Source: Clostridiales bacterium (GTDB lineage: Bacteria; Bacillota; Clostridia; TANB77; CAG-508). Taken from it: 64,000 nucleotides of DNA. The first letter of the stretch is position 1. Each line of letters opens with the position of its first letter. The notes under the pieces are model-generated. The model worked only from the letters and a program-made list of their open reading frames with translations, ran no database searches and was not told the DNA's origin. The stretch covers positions 64,032 to 128,031 of the forward strand of contig DQFO01000014.1 in NCBI GenBank assembly GCA_003525075.1, written 5' to 3'. Made by a program: the position numbers and the translations under genes. Shown here piece after piece: positions 37,404 through 46,753 of the stretch.

Positions 37404-37865
37404 CTAATTGGTAGATCCAAATCCACCATTTCTTTCACCATTTGCAGTATCATTATCTGCCACAAGATATGGTGTAAATATTGCCTGACCTATTCTGTCA
37501 CCTTTTTTTATTTCTATATCTTCATCTTTTATATTATAAAAAGCAAACATTATATGTCCATCATTATCTTCATTTCCATAATAATCTTTATCTACAATTC
37601 CAATACTATTTGCTAATATTAATCCTTTTTTTCCTGGATTAGAACTTCTATTTACTAACATTAAATATTCATTATCTTGCATATATGCTTTTATACCTGT
37701 TTTTACTAATGTAGGTTTCATACCTTTCTTAAAGCTTGGAATTATAACATCTTCTGCTGATTCTACATCATATCCAGCTGAATATTTTGTCTTTCTTTCT
37801 GGTAAATTTATTCCATTATTTTCAAATCCTTTTGCTATCTCAAATCCTCTAATTCTTTTCATCAT
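37404..37865 (-). CDS. dut: dUTP diphosphatase
   Basis: SAGYDV, the GDRIGQ region and the C-terminal GGFGSTN motif. 153 aa. Confidence 0.9.
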   Translation of the reverse strand: MMKRIRGFEIAKGFENNGINLPERKTKYSAGYDVESAEDVIIPSFKKGMKPTLVKTGIKAYMQDNEYLMLVNRSSNPGKKGLILANSIGIVDKDYYGNEDNDGHIMFAFYNIKDEDIEIKKGDRIGQAIFTPYLVADNDTANGERNGGFGSTN

Positions 37866-37884
37866 TTTTTCCTTTCATTTGTTT

Positions 37885-38412
37885 TTATTTTCCATTTACT
37901 TTTATCATTCCAGTACTACTTGCTGCTATTGTATATTGACCTGCATTTGTAAAGCTTAAAAGAGAACCTTTTAATGTTTGTGCTTGTGTTGTATTTGTAT
38001 TTTTTACATTTACTACAATTCTATCTCCTTCTTTTAAACTTATCTCACCAGTTGTTGAACTTTCTAATTGTTCTAATACTTGTGTTGTATATTCTGAATA
38101 ATAAACATTTTCACCAATTTTGGTATAATTTGCTTGTGTTGTTTTCTTCCCAGGGTTTTCATCTAAATGTTGTACTTCCATTTCAACATTATATGTATTT
38201 CCTGTTGCTGCTAGAGAATTTTCTAATGATTGGTATTTTGCTTGTGATATTATTCCTGTATTTTGTACATCTGTTACAAATTCATTTACTAATAATTCTA
38301 CATTTTCTTGAACCACATTATCATTTCTTTCTGTTAATGAAACTAGTGGTGCTACGAATAGTAATGTTGCTGCTAAACATATTGCTATTACTGTTGTTGT
38401 TGTATTTTGCAT
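37885..38412 (-). CDS. Hypothetical exported/anchored 175-aa protein
   Basis: N-terminal hydrophobic segment TTTVIAICLAATLLFVAPLVSL followed by a T/N/Q-rich beta-type sequence. No motif recognised. Confidence 0.5.
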   Translation of the reverse strand: MQNTTTTVIAICLAATLLFVAPLVSLTERNDNVVQENVELLVNEFVTDVQNTGIISQAKYQSLENSLAATGNTYNVEMEVQHLDENPGKKTTQANYTKIGENVYYSEYTTQVLEQLESSTTGEISLKEGDRIVVNVKNTNTTQAQTLKGSLLSFTNAGQYTIAASSTGMIKVNGK

Positions 38413-38443
38413 AAAATCACATCCTTTCTTATTTTATTAAACA

Positions 38444-40408
38444 TTATTTTTCATTTTTTGTCAAATTTTGATCATATTTTTCTAATATATAATCTAAACT
38501 TTTTGCAAATTCTTCTAGCATAACAATTTTTATTGATGCTGTTTTGTCTTTTATATATTCTCTTATAACTTCTCTTAATTTTATTAAGTTATCTTTTTCT
38601 TCAAGTAATAATTCTGAATATAATTCAGCTCTTTTTATCATCTTGTCTTTTATAGTAACTAAGTCTTCATTACTAGAATACATTAATCGTTGTAAAACAT
38701 TTCTTGGCTCATAATATCTAAAGATTGGTATTTCCATACATTCTTTATCAAATCTATCATAGAATTGTTCCATTTTCATAGGAATACATTTGAATATTTC
38801 TTCTGCCTTTTTTCCAAAGGCTTTTTCTTTTAAACTTTCATTTATTTCATAAAATTTATTTAGTATTTTTTGCATATCTTTTTGATTTTGAACTAATGCA
38901 AATTCAGTAAATTCATCTTTTTTTATTTCATAGTATTCTGATTTTTGAGCAACTAAATCCATACTATCTTCAAATATCTTTTTTATTGTTTCAGATTCAT
39001 ATGGGATTAATTTTTTACTTGAAAAATAACTAAAATATGAATATAGTTTTACTAATTCAATTAATTCTACTTTTCCAGATTTTATTTCTTTTATTATATC
39101 ATTTATTACTTTCAAAAATTCCTCATCAGGTATTTTCCAATATTCTTCTGTTAATAATCTTTTATATGCAGGAACATTTCTATTTTCTCCTGTATTTTGT
39201 ATTTCTGCCATGTCATTTTTTAATAGTTTCATATCAAAGATTCTTGTTCTCACATAATATTCAATAAATTTAAAAAATCTATATTCTGCTTTAAAATTAT
39301 AATAATAATTATTATCAAATTCTTTAATATAAAATTGTCTATTATCCATTAATACTCTTGATGATACTAATATTGCTTTATATTCTTCATTATTTTTTAT
39401 ATCTATAAATTTATCTTTAGTTACTTTTCCTGCTTTTATCTCAAAGGATATTGCTATAGTAAATATTAGCATTGTTTGAATTACTCTATTACTAATATCA
39501 GGATATTTTTGTGTTACAACTTGATATATTTTTTGAAAATCTTTTAATGCATGTTTTAAAATTCTTAAGTTTCTAGTTCCACTTTTTTTAAATGTTGAAA
39601 TTATAAGGTTTATATTTGTTCTATAAAATCTTTCTAAATCAGGATCATCTTCATATCTAATTAATATTCCATTTATTATATAATCAAATTTTGGAGCATA
39701 TTCAAATGTTTCGCCTATAAGTTTTTCTTTTATTCTTTCATAATCATTTGCTTTATCAAATACATTTTCTATTTGGTCTTTTATTTTTTCGACCATAGGC
39801 TTATTATTATCTTGTAACTCACCTTCTTTATCAAGTATATATGTAGCTATAAATGTTTTCATTTCCAAATTGCTACTTTTTATTTTTGTTGATAATTCTT
39901 TTTCATTACATATTATTATTGTTTTTATATGATCATGCTCAACAAAATTATTTATATATCCTAAAATGTCTATAACATCTACATTTGCTCTTTCTAGGTC
40001 ATCGAAACATAATACTTTATCATCTGTAGAGAAAAATTCTTCATAATCTATTTTTCCTTCATTTGCTGATACTCCAAATAGATTTGCCATATCTAACCCT
40101 GTTTTAGCATATTCTGGTATTGTCATTTCTTCATGTTGATTCATATATTTTTTTAAGTTTTTGTCCATAAGTTGTGTTGTTTCTATAAAAATCTTTTTAC
40201 TTATATCTTCAAGATTAGAAATTCCATATAATGACATATATATTGTTTTATATTGTTTTCCATTAAATTTCATGGAATCTATTTTCTTTCTAATTTTGTT
40301 ATTCCAAAAATGTGTTTTTCCTGAGCCCCATTCTCCATTAATCATTATTGCATAATCTGTATAATCTGCTCTTACATAATCTAATATACTTTCAACTAAG
40401 TCTTCCAT
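38444..40408 (-). CDS. KAP-family P-loop NTPase (no obvious inserted TM helices)
   Basis: Walker A INGEWGSGKTHFWNN and Walker B VLCFDDLERA about 100 aa later, with a long helical C-terminal region. This is the typical KAP NTPase layout. Confidence 0.7.
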   Translation of the reverse strand: MEDLVESILDYVRADYTDYAIMINGEWGSGKTHFWNNKIRKKIDSMKFNGKQYKTIYMSLYGISNLEDISKKIFIETTQLMDKNLKKYMNQHEEMTIPEYAKTGLDMANLFGVSANEGKIDYEEFFSTDDKVLCFDDLERANVDVIDILGYINNFVEHDHIKTIIICNEKELSTKIKSSNLEMKTFIATYILDKEGELQDNNKPMVEKIKDQIENVFDKANDYERIKEKLIGETFEYAPKFDYIINGILIRYEDDPDLERFYRTNINLIISTFKKSGTRNLRILKHALKDFQKIYQVVTQKYPDISNRVIQTMLIFTIAISFEIKAGKVTKDKFIDIKNNEEYKAILVSSRVLMDNRQFYIKEFDNNYYYNFKAEYRFFKFIEYYVRTRIFDMKLLKNDMAEIQNTGENRNVPAYKRLLTEEYWKIPDEEFLKVINDIIKEIKSGKVELIELVKLYSYFSYFSSKKLIPYESETIKKIFEDSMDLVAQKSEYYEIKKDEFTEFALVQNQKDMQKILNKFYEINESLKEKAFGKKAEEIFKCIPMKMEQFYDRFDKECMEIPIFRYYEPRNVLQRLMYSSNEDLVTIKDKMIKRAELYSELLLEEKDNLIKLREVIREYIKDKTASIKIVMLEEFAKSLDYILEKYDQNLTKNEK

Positions 40409-40451
40409 AAATCTATAGCAAATGCTTTTATTAGCATTTTCTCCTTTCTAT

Positions 40452-41063
40452 TTAATCTTTTGCAAGAGTTAGTACACCTATGTTTTCTTTTTTTATTCCA
40501 TTTTTTCTTAAGAGATTTGAACATTCATTTAATGTACTTCCAGTTGTATAAATGTCATCTATTATAAGAATTTTATTGTTCATTATTTTTTCTATATTTT
40601 TTATCTTAAATGCTCCTTTTATATTTTCTTTTCTTTCTTTTTTATTTAGTGTACTTTGCGGTACAATATTTTTAGTTTTATATAATATTCTACTTTCTAT
40701 TTTTATTTGTAAAATACTTGAAATTATTTCTGCTATTAATTGACTTTGGTTATAGCCTCTTTGTAGCCTTCTTTTCCAACTTAATGGTACCACAATAATT
40801 ATATCATATTTTTTTAATTTTTCCAAATATTTTTTATTATTTTGTAAAAAATATTCAATTGTTTTGTAGATATATGGTTTTTTTTGAAATTTCATTTCCA
40901 AAATCATATTTCTTATTAAATCTTTGTATTGAAATAAATAATATTGTTCTAAAAAATTTTTGTCTTTAGTATGAATTTTTGTAAATTTGAATTCTTTTTG
41001 TATTTTTTTCTTACATTTATAGCAAAGTGAATTTCTACTTTCATTTTTACATATTCCACACAT
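40452..41063 (-). CDS. comFC: ComF family protein (ComFC, phosphoribosyltransferase-type)
   Basis: N-terminal CGIC...CYKC zinc motif and the PRTase motif ILIIDDIYTTGSTLNE. The start is uncertain (see findings). Confidence 0.8.
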   Translation of the reverse strand: MCGICKNESRNSLCYKCKKKIQKEFKFTKIHTKDKNFLEQYYLFQYKDLIRNMILEMKFQKKPYIYKTIEYFLQNNKKYLEKLKKYDIIIVVPLSWKRRLQRGYNQSQLIAEIISSILQIKIESRILYKTKNIVPQSTLNKKERKENIKGAFKIKNIEKIMNNKILIIDDIYTTGSTLNECSNLLRKNGIKKENIGVLTLAKD

Positions 41064-41145
41064 TTGCGGATAAAAAATGTCTAGTATTTTTTGAATTTTT
41101 TTATTATTGATTATATCTTTATTTCATCTCTCCTTCATAAAACAA

Positions 41146-41176
41146 TAAAAAGAGCTTATCTTTAATAAGCCCCTCT
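41146..41176 (-). terminator. Intrinsic terminator after rnj
   Basis: Minus strand reads gaggggcttattaaagataagctctttttatt: a ~9-bp stem with a U-run. Confidence 0.5.
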
Positions 41177-41182
41177 ATTTTA

Positions 41183-43054
41183 TTATACTTCCATGATTAT
41201 TGGTATAATCATTGGATTTCTTTTTGTTTTTATAAATAAGTAATCTCTTAGGTTTTCTTTAATTGTTGATTTTATTGTTGTCCAATCACGTATTCCTCTT
41301 TCTTCGCATTTTGCCACTTCATGTCTTACAACACTTTTTACATCATCCATTAAATTTTCTGATTCTCTTACATATACGAATCCTCTTGAAATTACATCTG
41401 GACCAGCTACAACTTCCCCTGTTTGTGAATCCATTGTTAATACTATTACTATTAGTCCATCTTGTGCTAAATGTTGTCTATCTCTTAATACAATATTTCC
41501 AACATCTCCAACACCTAATCCGTCAACCAATACTCTTCCACTTGGTACACTTCCATTAAATTTGCATTCATCTTCATTCATTTCTAATACTCTACCATTT
41601 GTAAGCATAAAAATGTTTGATTCACTTATTCCCATTAATTTCGCTGTATCTGCATGTGCTCTTAATTGTCTATATTCACCATGTACTGGTATAAAATATT
41701 TTGGTTTTGCTAATGCCATTATTAATTTTTGTTCTTCTTGGCATGCATGTCCTGAAACATGTACATTTGCTAATGCACTATATACAACTTCTGCACCTAA
41801 TTGCATTAAATCATCTATTACTTTTGATACATATTTTTCATTTCCTGGAATTGGTGTTGCTGATATTATTATTAAATCATTTGGTGTTATTGTTATTTTT
41901 CTATGATCACCTGCTGCCATTCTTGTTAATGCTGACATTGGTTCTCCTTGACTTCCTGTTGTTATAATAACTAATTGTTCATCTGTATATGTTCCTATCA
42001 TATCAATATCAATAAATATGTTGTCTGGACATTTGATATATCCTAATTCTATTGATGTATTTATAATATTTATCATACTTCTTCCACATACAGCTATTTT
42101 TCTGTTATATTTAATAGCCGAATTTACTATTTGTTGTATTCTGTGTACATTTGACGCAAATGTTGCTACAACTATTCTTTTTGAACAATTTTGAAATACT
42201 GTATCAAATAGTTCTCCTACAGAACTTTCTGACATTGTAAAGCCTTTTCTTTCTGCATTTGTACTATCTGACATTAATGCTAATATTCCTTTATTTCCTA
42301 ATTCTGCAATTCTTCCAAAATCCATAAGTTGTCCATCTATTGGTGTGTAATCTACTTTAAAGTCTCCTGTATGTAATATTGTTCCTGCTGGTGTTGTAAT
42401 TGCTAACATTACAGAATCTGGTATGCTGTGTGAACTTCTTATAAATTCTACTTTAAAGTTCTTTCCTAATTGAATTGTTTCACCTTGTGTTACTATATGC
42501 ATTTCTGTACTTCTTAATAATTTATGTTCTTCTAATTTATTGCTTATTAGTCCTGCTGCTAATCTTGTTGCATATATTGGTGTATTTATTTGTTTTAAGA
42601 AATATGGTATTCCTCCTATATGATCTTCATGACCATGTGTTATAACCATTCCTTTTAATTTTTCTTGATTTTTTACTAAATATGTTATATCTGGAATTAC
42701 TAAGTCAACTCCTAACATATCATCTTCTGGAAATGATAAACCACAATCTACAACAATCATTTCATCTTCATATTCAAATACTGTAATATTTTTTCCGATT
42801 TCATGTAATCCTCCTAATGGGATTATTTTTAAACTTGATTTTTTGAATACCTCTTTTGCAATGCTTGTTTCTACTACTTCTCCATCTTTTACTTCTTGCA
42901 TTATTTTTGGTGTTCTTGTTTTATAATTTCTCTTTGTTTTTGTTCCTTCTTCTTGTTTATAATTTTCTTTTTTATGATAATTTCTTCTTGTCTTTCTTAC
43001 TTTTTCTGCAACAGTACTTGCTGTTTCTTCCAATATATTTTTTTCTTCTGACAT
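41183..43054 (-). CDS. rnj: Ribonuclease J with basic N-terminal extension
   Basis: MBL motif THGHEDHIGG plus beta-CASP and C-terminal domains. KIIPLGGLHEIGKNITVFEY. The first ~70 aa are K/R/E-rich. Confidence 0.9.
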   Translation of the reverse strand: MSEEKNILEETASTVAEKVRKTRRNYHKKENYKQEEGTKTKRNYKTRTPKIMQEVKDGEVVETSIAKEVFKKSSLKIIPLGGLHEIGKNITVFEYEDEMIVVDCGLSFPEDDMLGVDLVIPDITYLVKNQEKLKGMVITHGHEDHIGGIPYFLKQINTPIYATRLAAGLISNKLEEHKLLRSTEMHIVTQGETIQLGKNFKVEFIRSSHSIPDSVMLAITTPAGTILHTGDFKVDYTPIDGQLMDFGRIAELGNKGILALMSDSTNAERKGFTMSESSVGELFDTVFQNCSKRIVVATFASNVHRIQQIVNSAIKYNRKIAVCGRSMINIINTSIELGYIKCPDNIFIDIDMIGTYTDEQLVIITTGSQGEPMSALTRMAAGDHRKITITPNDLIIISATPIPGNEKYVSKVIDDLMQLGAEVVYSALANVHVSGHACQEEQKLIMALAKPKYFIPVHGEYRQLRAHADTAKLMGISESNIFMLTNGRVLEMNEDECKFNGSVPSGRVLVDGLGVGDVGNIVLRDRQHLAQDGLIVIVLTMDSQTGEVVAGPDVISRGFVYVRESENLMDDVKSVVRHEVAKCEERGIRDWTTIKSTIKENLRDYLFIKTKRNPMIIPIIMEV

Positions 43055-43101
43055 TTATTTATCTATTCTCCTTTCTCTTTTAATTTTATCTGTATCAAAT
43101 A

Positions 43102-43142
43102 GAACAAATAAGAAAAATTTAAAATTTTTCTTTGATTTGTTC
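43102..43142 (-). promoter_or_regulatory. Long stem-loop in the rnj 5' leader
   Basis: 19-bp inverted repeat gaacaaataagaaaaattt / aaatttttctt(tg)atttgttc with a 2-nt bulge, ~45 nt upstream of the rnj ATG on the minus strand. Confidence 0.4.
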
Positions 43143-43331
43143 TTGAATATTTTTTATTTAATTATCTCTCATAATTATTTACTACTTTTATCATTTCATA
43201 CGATAAAATCAAATCAATCTCTTGACAACACATTTGATATTTTAGCATATTTTTATATAATTGTCAATTGTATAAATTCCATTTTCTTGTAAATAATAGC
43301 ATTATAATATTTTTTACAAGAAAGGATCATT

Positions 43332-44426
43332 ATGGAAAATACTAAAATTGGAAATAAAGAAGCAATTGCCCTTTTAACAACAATCTCATTTAATCAAATA
43401 ATTATATTTGGAGTAAAATCTATAATAAACAATACTTCATCTGCTTCTTTACTTAATCTACTATATTTAAGTATTATTATATTAATTTTCACAATTTTAA
43501 TATGTTATTTATTAAATAAATTTCCATCATTTGATTTACTTGATATATCTGATTATCTTGGTGGAAAAATATTAAAATGGATTATTGGAATTTTATTTTT
43601 TATATATTTTATTATTTTTGCAGGGAATTCACTTCATCTGTTTTCTTCATGTTTAGAAATAATATATTTTCCTTTAACTCTACTGATTTTTATAAGATCA
43701 TTTTTAATAATAGGTGCTACTATTACTTGCTTATTCAAAAATAATGCGTTATATAGAAGCAATTTTATTGTTTTTCCTTTAATTATAATTACTACTATTT
43801 TTATGTTTTTCTCTGATATGAAATATTTTAACATTGAAAATGTATACCCTATATTTGGAGATAGTCTCTTTTACACTTTTATTGTTGGATTAAATAATAT
43901 GATTGTATTTCAAAGTTTAGCATATATTTTTTTCTTGCCACCATTATTAAAAAATACTCAAAACATAAAAAAAATTGCAATAACATCTATTGTAATATCT
44001 TGTATTTTAAACTTATTATGTGTTGCAACAGTTCTTTTTACATTTGATGGTTTTACAGAAATAGATGAATTACTACCTTTATATTCAGCAGTAAAGCATA
44101 TAGAATATGGTGAATTTTTTAGAAAAATGGATTCTATATTTTTTCTAATTTGGATTATTAGTTTTGTAAGTTACTTAAGTTTAACACTAAAATTTTCAGC
44201 AAATATTTTAAAAAAATTAACATATTCAAAATCCAACTTTTTCTTTATATTTATTTCTGCATTTCTATTATTTATAACATCTGGATGGCAGAAAAATTAT
44301 AATACATCTTTGATGTTTACTGAAAATTTTTTAAGTTATTTCTTTTTTATATTAGTATTCGTAATTGCTATTTTAGTTTTACTATTAGCATTTATAAAAA
44401 AGAAAATTAAAAGGTGGTCAAAATGA
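43332..44426 (+). CDS. Spore germination protein, GerAB/GerKB-type permease subunit
   Basis: 364 aa with ~10 TM segments. The N-terminus NKEAIALLTTISFNQII and overall organisation are typical of the germinant-receptor B subunit. It is coupled to a GerC-like gene. Confidence 0.7.
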   Translation: MENTKIGNKEAIALLTTISFNQIIIFGVKSIINNTSSASLLNLLYLSIIILIFTILICYLLNKFPSFDLLDISDYLGGKILKWIIGILFFIYFIIFAGNSLHLFSSCLEIIYFPLTLLIFIRSFLIIGATITCLFKNNALYRSNFIVFPLIIITTIFMFFSDMKYFNIENVYPIFGDSLFYTFIVGLNNMIVFQSLAYIFFLPPLLKNTQNIKKIAITSIVISCILNLLCVATVLFTFDGFTEIDELLPLYSAVKHIEYGEFFRKMDSIFFLIWIISFVSYLSLTLKFSANILKKLTYSKSNFFFIFISAFLLFITSGWQKNYNTSLMFTENFLSYFFFILVFVIAILVLLLAFIKKKIKRWSK

Positions 44427-45802
44427 AGAAAAAATTTATAATTATTTTAATATTATTTGTTGTCTTTATTACATTTATTGCAGGATTTTCCAATTCATAC
44501 ATCTCTCGTCGTATAGAACATCTTGCATATGTTCTTGTGCTTGGAATTGATAAAGGTGAAAAAGCAAGATTAAAAATTTCTATTCAATTTATAAATGTTT
44601 CTTCTTCATCAAGTGGTGCATCTTCTGATTCTTCGCAAATTGTATTAACATCTTGCGAAGCTAATTCTATGTTTAGTGGATTAAACCTTTTAAATAGTTA
44701 TATAGGTAAAGAAATTAATCTTGCACATTGTAGTGTTGTCGTTTTTTCAGAAGAAATTGCCAAAGAAGGAATTTCATCAGAGATATATAGTTTAATAAAT
44801 AATGAAGAAATTCGTTCTTCTGCTAATATTGTTGTTGCAAATTGTAAAGCATATGATTATATTAATAATAGTAAACCTAATTTAGAAAATCTAACAAGTA
44901 AATATTTCGATACATTTGATATTACAAGTAAACTAACTGGATATTTTTCAAATATAACACTTGGTGATTTTTTTAATAATCTATCTGAAAGCAATTCAGA
45001 CCCAATAGCAGTTTTAGGCGGATTAAATTCAACAGCACGTTCTGAAGAAGATAAATCATCTTCAAATTCTTCTGAAGAAAGTTCTTCATCTTCAAATTCT
45101 TCTGAAGAAAGTTCTTCATCTTCAAATAGTGGCAATTCAGACAATATAAATGGTGAAACCTCAAATTCTAATTCATCATCACAAGATATTGAAGATCAAG
45201 AGAAACAAGAAATTGAAACTACTCAAAATAATTTAGTTGCTGGAAAAAGTTCAATTGTTGGTGGAAGAGGTACAGAAAACCTTGGTCTTGCTATTTTTTC
45301 TGGTGATAAATATATTGGAGAATTAACTGTTTGGGAATCAATTTGTCATTCTCTTATCACAAATTCTATTGATACCTGTATAATATCTGTTGAAGATCCT
45401 TTAGTTGAAAATAAACAATTAGAAATTCAACTTTCTCCTAATAAAAAATCAAAAATAACATCTAATATCGAAAATGGAGCTATAAATATAAATATTGAAC
45501 TAAATTTAATTGCTAATATAATTTCATTAAATTCAAATATAAACTATGAAGATACAGATACTATAAATAAGATATCCACAGCTACTCAAAATCGTTTAAA
45601 TGACGAATTAAATAAATATTTTGATAAAACAGCAAGAAAGTATAATGTTGATATTGATAAATATTATTTAAGTATTCTAAAATATTTTCCTTATCAAAAA
45701 AACTTTGATAATTTTAATTATAAAGAAAAATTAAAAAATGCCAACTTTAATTGTAATACACATGTGAACATCATTTCTTCATTACTTATAACCAAAACAT
45801 AA
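44423..45802 (+). CDS. Ger(x)C-family germination protein, with no lipobox cysteine and a Ser-rich insert
   Basis: The likely start is ATG 44423 (ATGA overlap with the gerB stop; AAGGTGG RBS). RIEHLAYVLVLGIDKGE matches the GerC N-domain. The signal region ends FIAGFSNS, with F where the lipobox Cys is expected. Confidence 0.7.
   Translation: MKKKFIIILILFVVFITFIAGFSNSYISRRIEHLAYVLVLGIDKGEKARLKISIQFINVSSSSSGASSDSSQIVLTSCEANSMFSGLNLLNSYIGKEINLAHCSVVVFSEEIAKEGISSEIYSLINNEEIRSSANIVVANCKAYDYINNSKPNLENLTSKYFDTFDITSKLTGYFSNITLGDFFNNLSESNSDPIAVLGGLNSTARSEEDKSSSNSSEESSSSSNSSEESSSSSNSGNSDNINGETSNSNSSSQDIEDQEKQEIETTQNNLVAGKSSIVGGRGTENLGLAIFSGDKYIGELTVWESICHSLITNSIDTCIISVEDPLVENKQLEIQLSPNKKSKITSNIENGAININIELNLIANIISLNSNINYEDTDTINKISTATQNRLNDELNKYFDKTARKYNVDIDKYYLSILKYFPYQKNFDNFNYKEKLKNANFNCNTHVNIISSLLITKT
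45056..45127 (+). repeat. Coding tandem repeat, 30-bp unit x about 2.4 (SSNSSEESSS)
   Basis: ttcaaattcttctgaagaaagttcttcatc occurs at 45061-45090 and is repeated exactly at 45091-45120, with partial copies on both sides. Confidence 0.9.
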
Positions 45803-45830
45803 GTGCAAATGTATTTTAACATTTGCACTT
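45801..45830. terminator. Bidirectional terminator between convergent gerC-like and yitT genes
   Basis: 12-bp perfect stem aagtgcaaatgt (45801-45812) / acatttgcactt (45819-45830) that fills the whole intergenic gap. Confidence 0.7.
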
Positions 45831-46688
45831 TTAATTTGATTCTTTAAATCCTTTTCCTAATACTTCTCTTGCATTTGCAACTACAATAAAACATTTTTCA
45901 TCAATATTTTGAGCAATACTTTTTATTCTTGGTATATCTCCTATATTTGCTGCACATATTAATACTAATTTGTCATTTCCACTATACATTCCTTTTCCAT
46001 AAAGTCCTGTTACTCCTCTTTTTACATTTTCTTCTATCTGTTTTGAAATTTTCTCACTTTTATCTGAAATTATAAACATTATCTTAGTATAATAAACTCC
46101 TTCAAATATAGTGTCAATTAATTTTTCATATAAATATATTGCAATTGCAGAATATAATCCTATTTCAATATGTTTAAATACAAATACATTTGCAATGACA
46201 ATTATAATATCTATTATTGCTAAATATCTACTTATAGTAATATTAGGTTTATATGATTTTATTAAATTTGCAATTAATTCTGTTCCACCAGTAGATGCTC
46301 CTACTTTTAAAATTATTGCTGTTCCTATTCCAATTATTGTTCCCCCATATACTGATGCTAAAAATCTGTCTGTTGTTATTGGTTCAATTTTATCAAATAT
46401 ATCTATAAAAACTGACAAACTTGCCGTTCCTACTATAGATTTTATTAAAAACTTTTTTCCTATTCTATAATTTGAAAAAATAAACATTGGAATATTTAAT
46501 ATTAAATTCATTAATCCCATAGGAATATTAAATAAATAATATGTTATTGTTGCTATTCCAGAAAATCCTCCTGTTGATAATTGATTTGGTAATAAAAATA
46601 ATGATATTCCAAATGCCATTATCATTGCACCTATTACTGTTCCACTTCCATCTAAAATAGCTTGTTTTACTCCACTTTTCACAAACAT
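45831..46688 (-). CDS. YitT-family membrane protein (DUF2179 C-terminal domain)
   Basis: 285 aa. Five TM segments with GGFSGIA and GGTEL motifs, then a soluble C-terminal domain (GVTGLYGKGMYSG). Confidence 0.75.
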   Translation of the reverse strand: MFVKSGVKQAILDGSGTVIGAMIMAFGISLFLLPNQLSTGGFSGIATITYYLFNIPMGLMNLILNIPMFIFSNYRIGKKFLIKSIVGTASLSVFIDIFDKIEPITTDRFLASVYGGTIIGIGTAIILKVGASTGGTELIANLIKSYKPNITISRYLAIIDIIIVIANVFVFKHIEIGLYSAIAIYLYEKLIDTIFEGVYYTKIMFIISDKSEKISKQIEENVKRGVTGLYGKGMYSGNDKLVLICAANIGDIPRIKSIAQNIDEKCFIVVANAREVLGKGFKESN

Positions 46689-46753
46689 CTCCTTTACAAA
46701 AAAAACTATATATTACAATTATTTGTAATATATAGTTTTTTATACATATTATA

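Noticed and set aside
45056-45127. A CRISPR or other non-coding repeat array.
   Set aside because: The only exact tandem repeat in the window is this 30-bp unit. It lies in frame inside the GerC-like ORF (SSNSSEESSS) and has no spacers, so it is a coding low-complexity duplication. The antisense ORFs 44857-45144 and 44973-45164 are its shadows.
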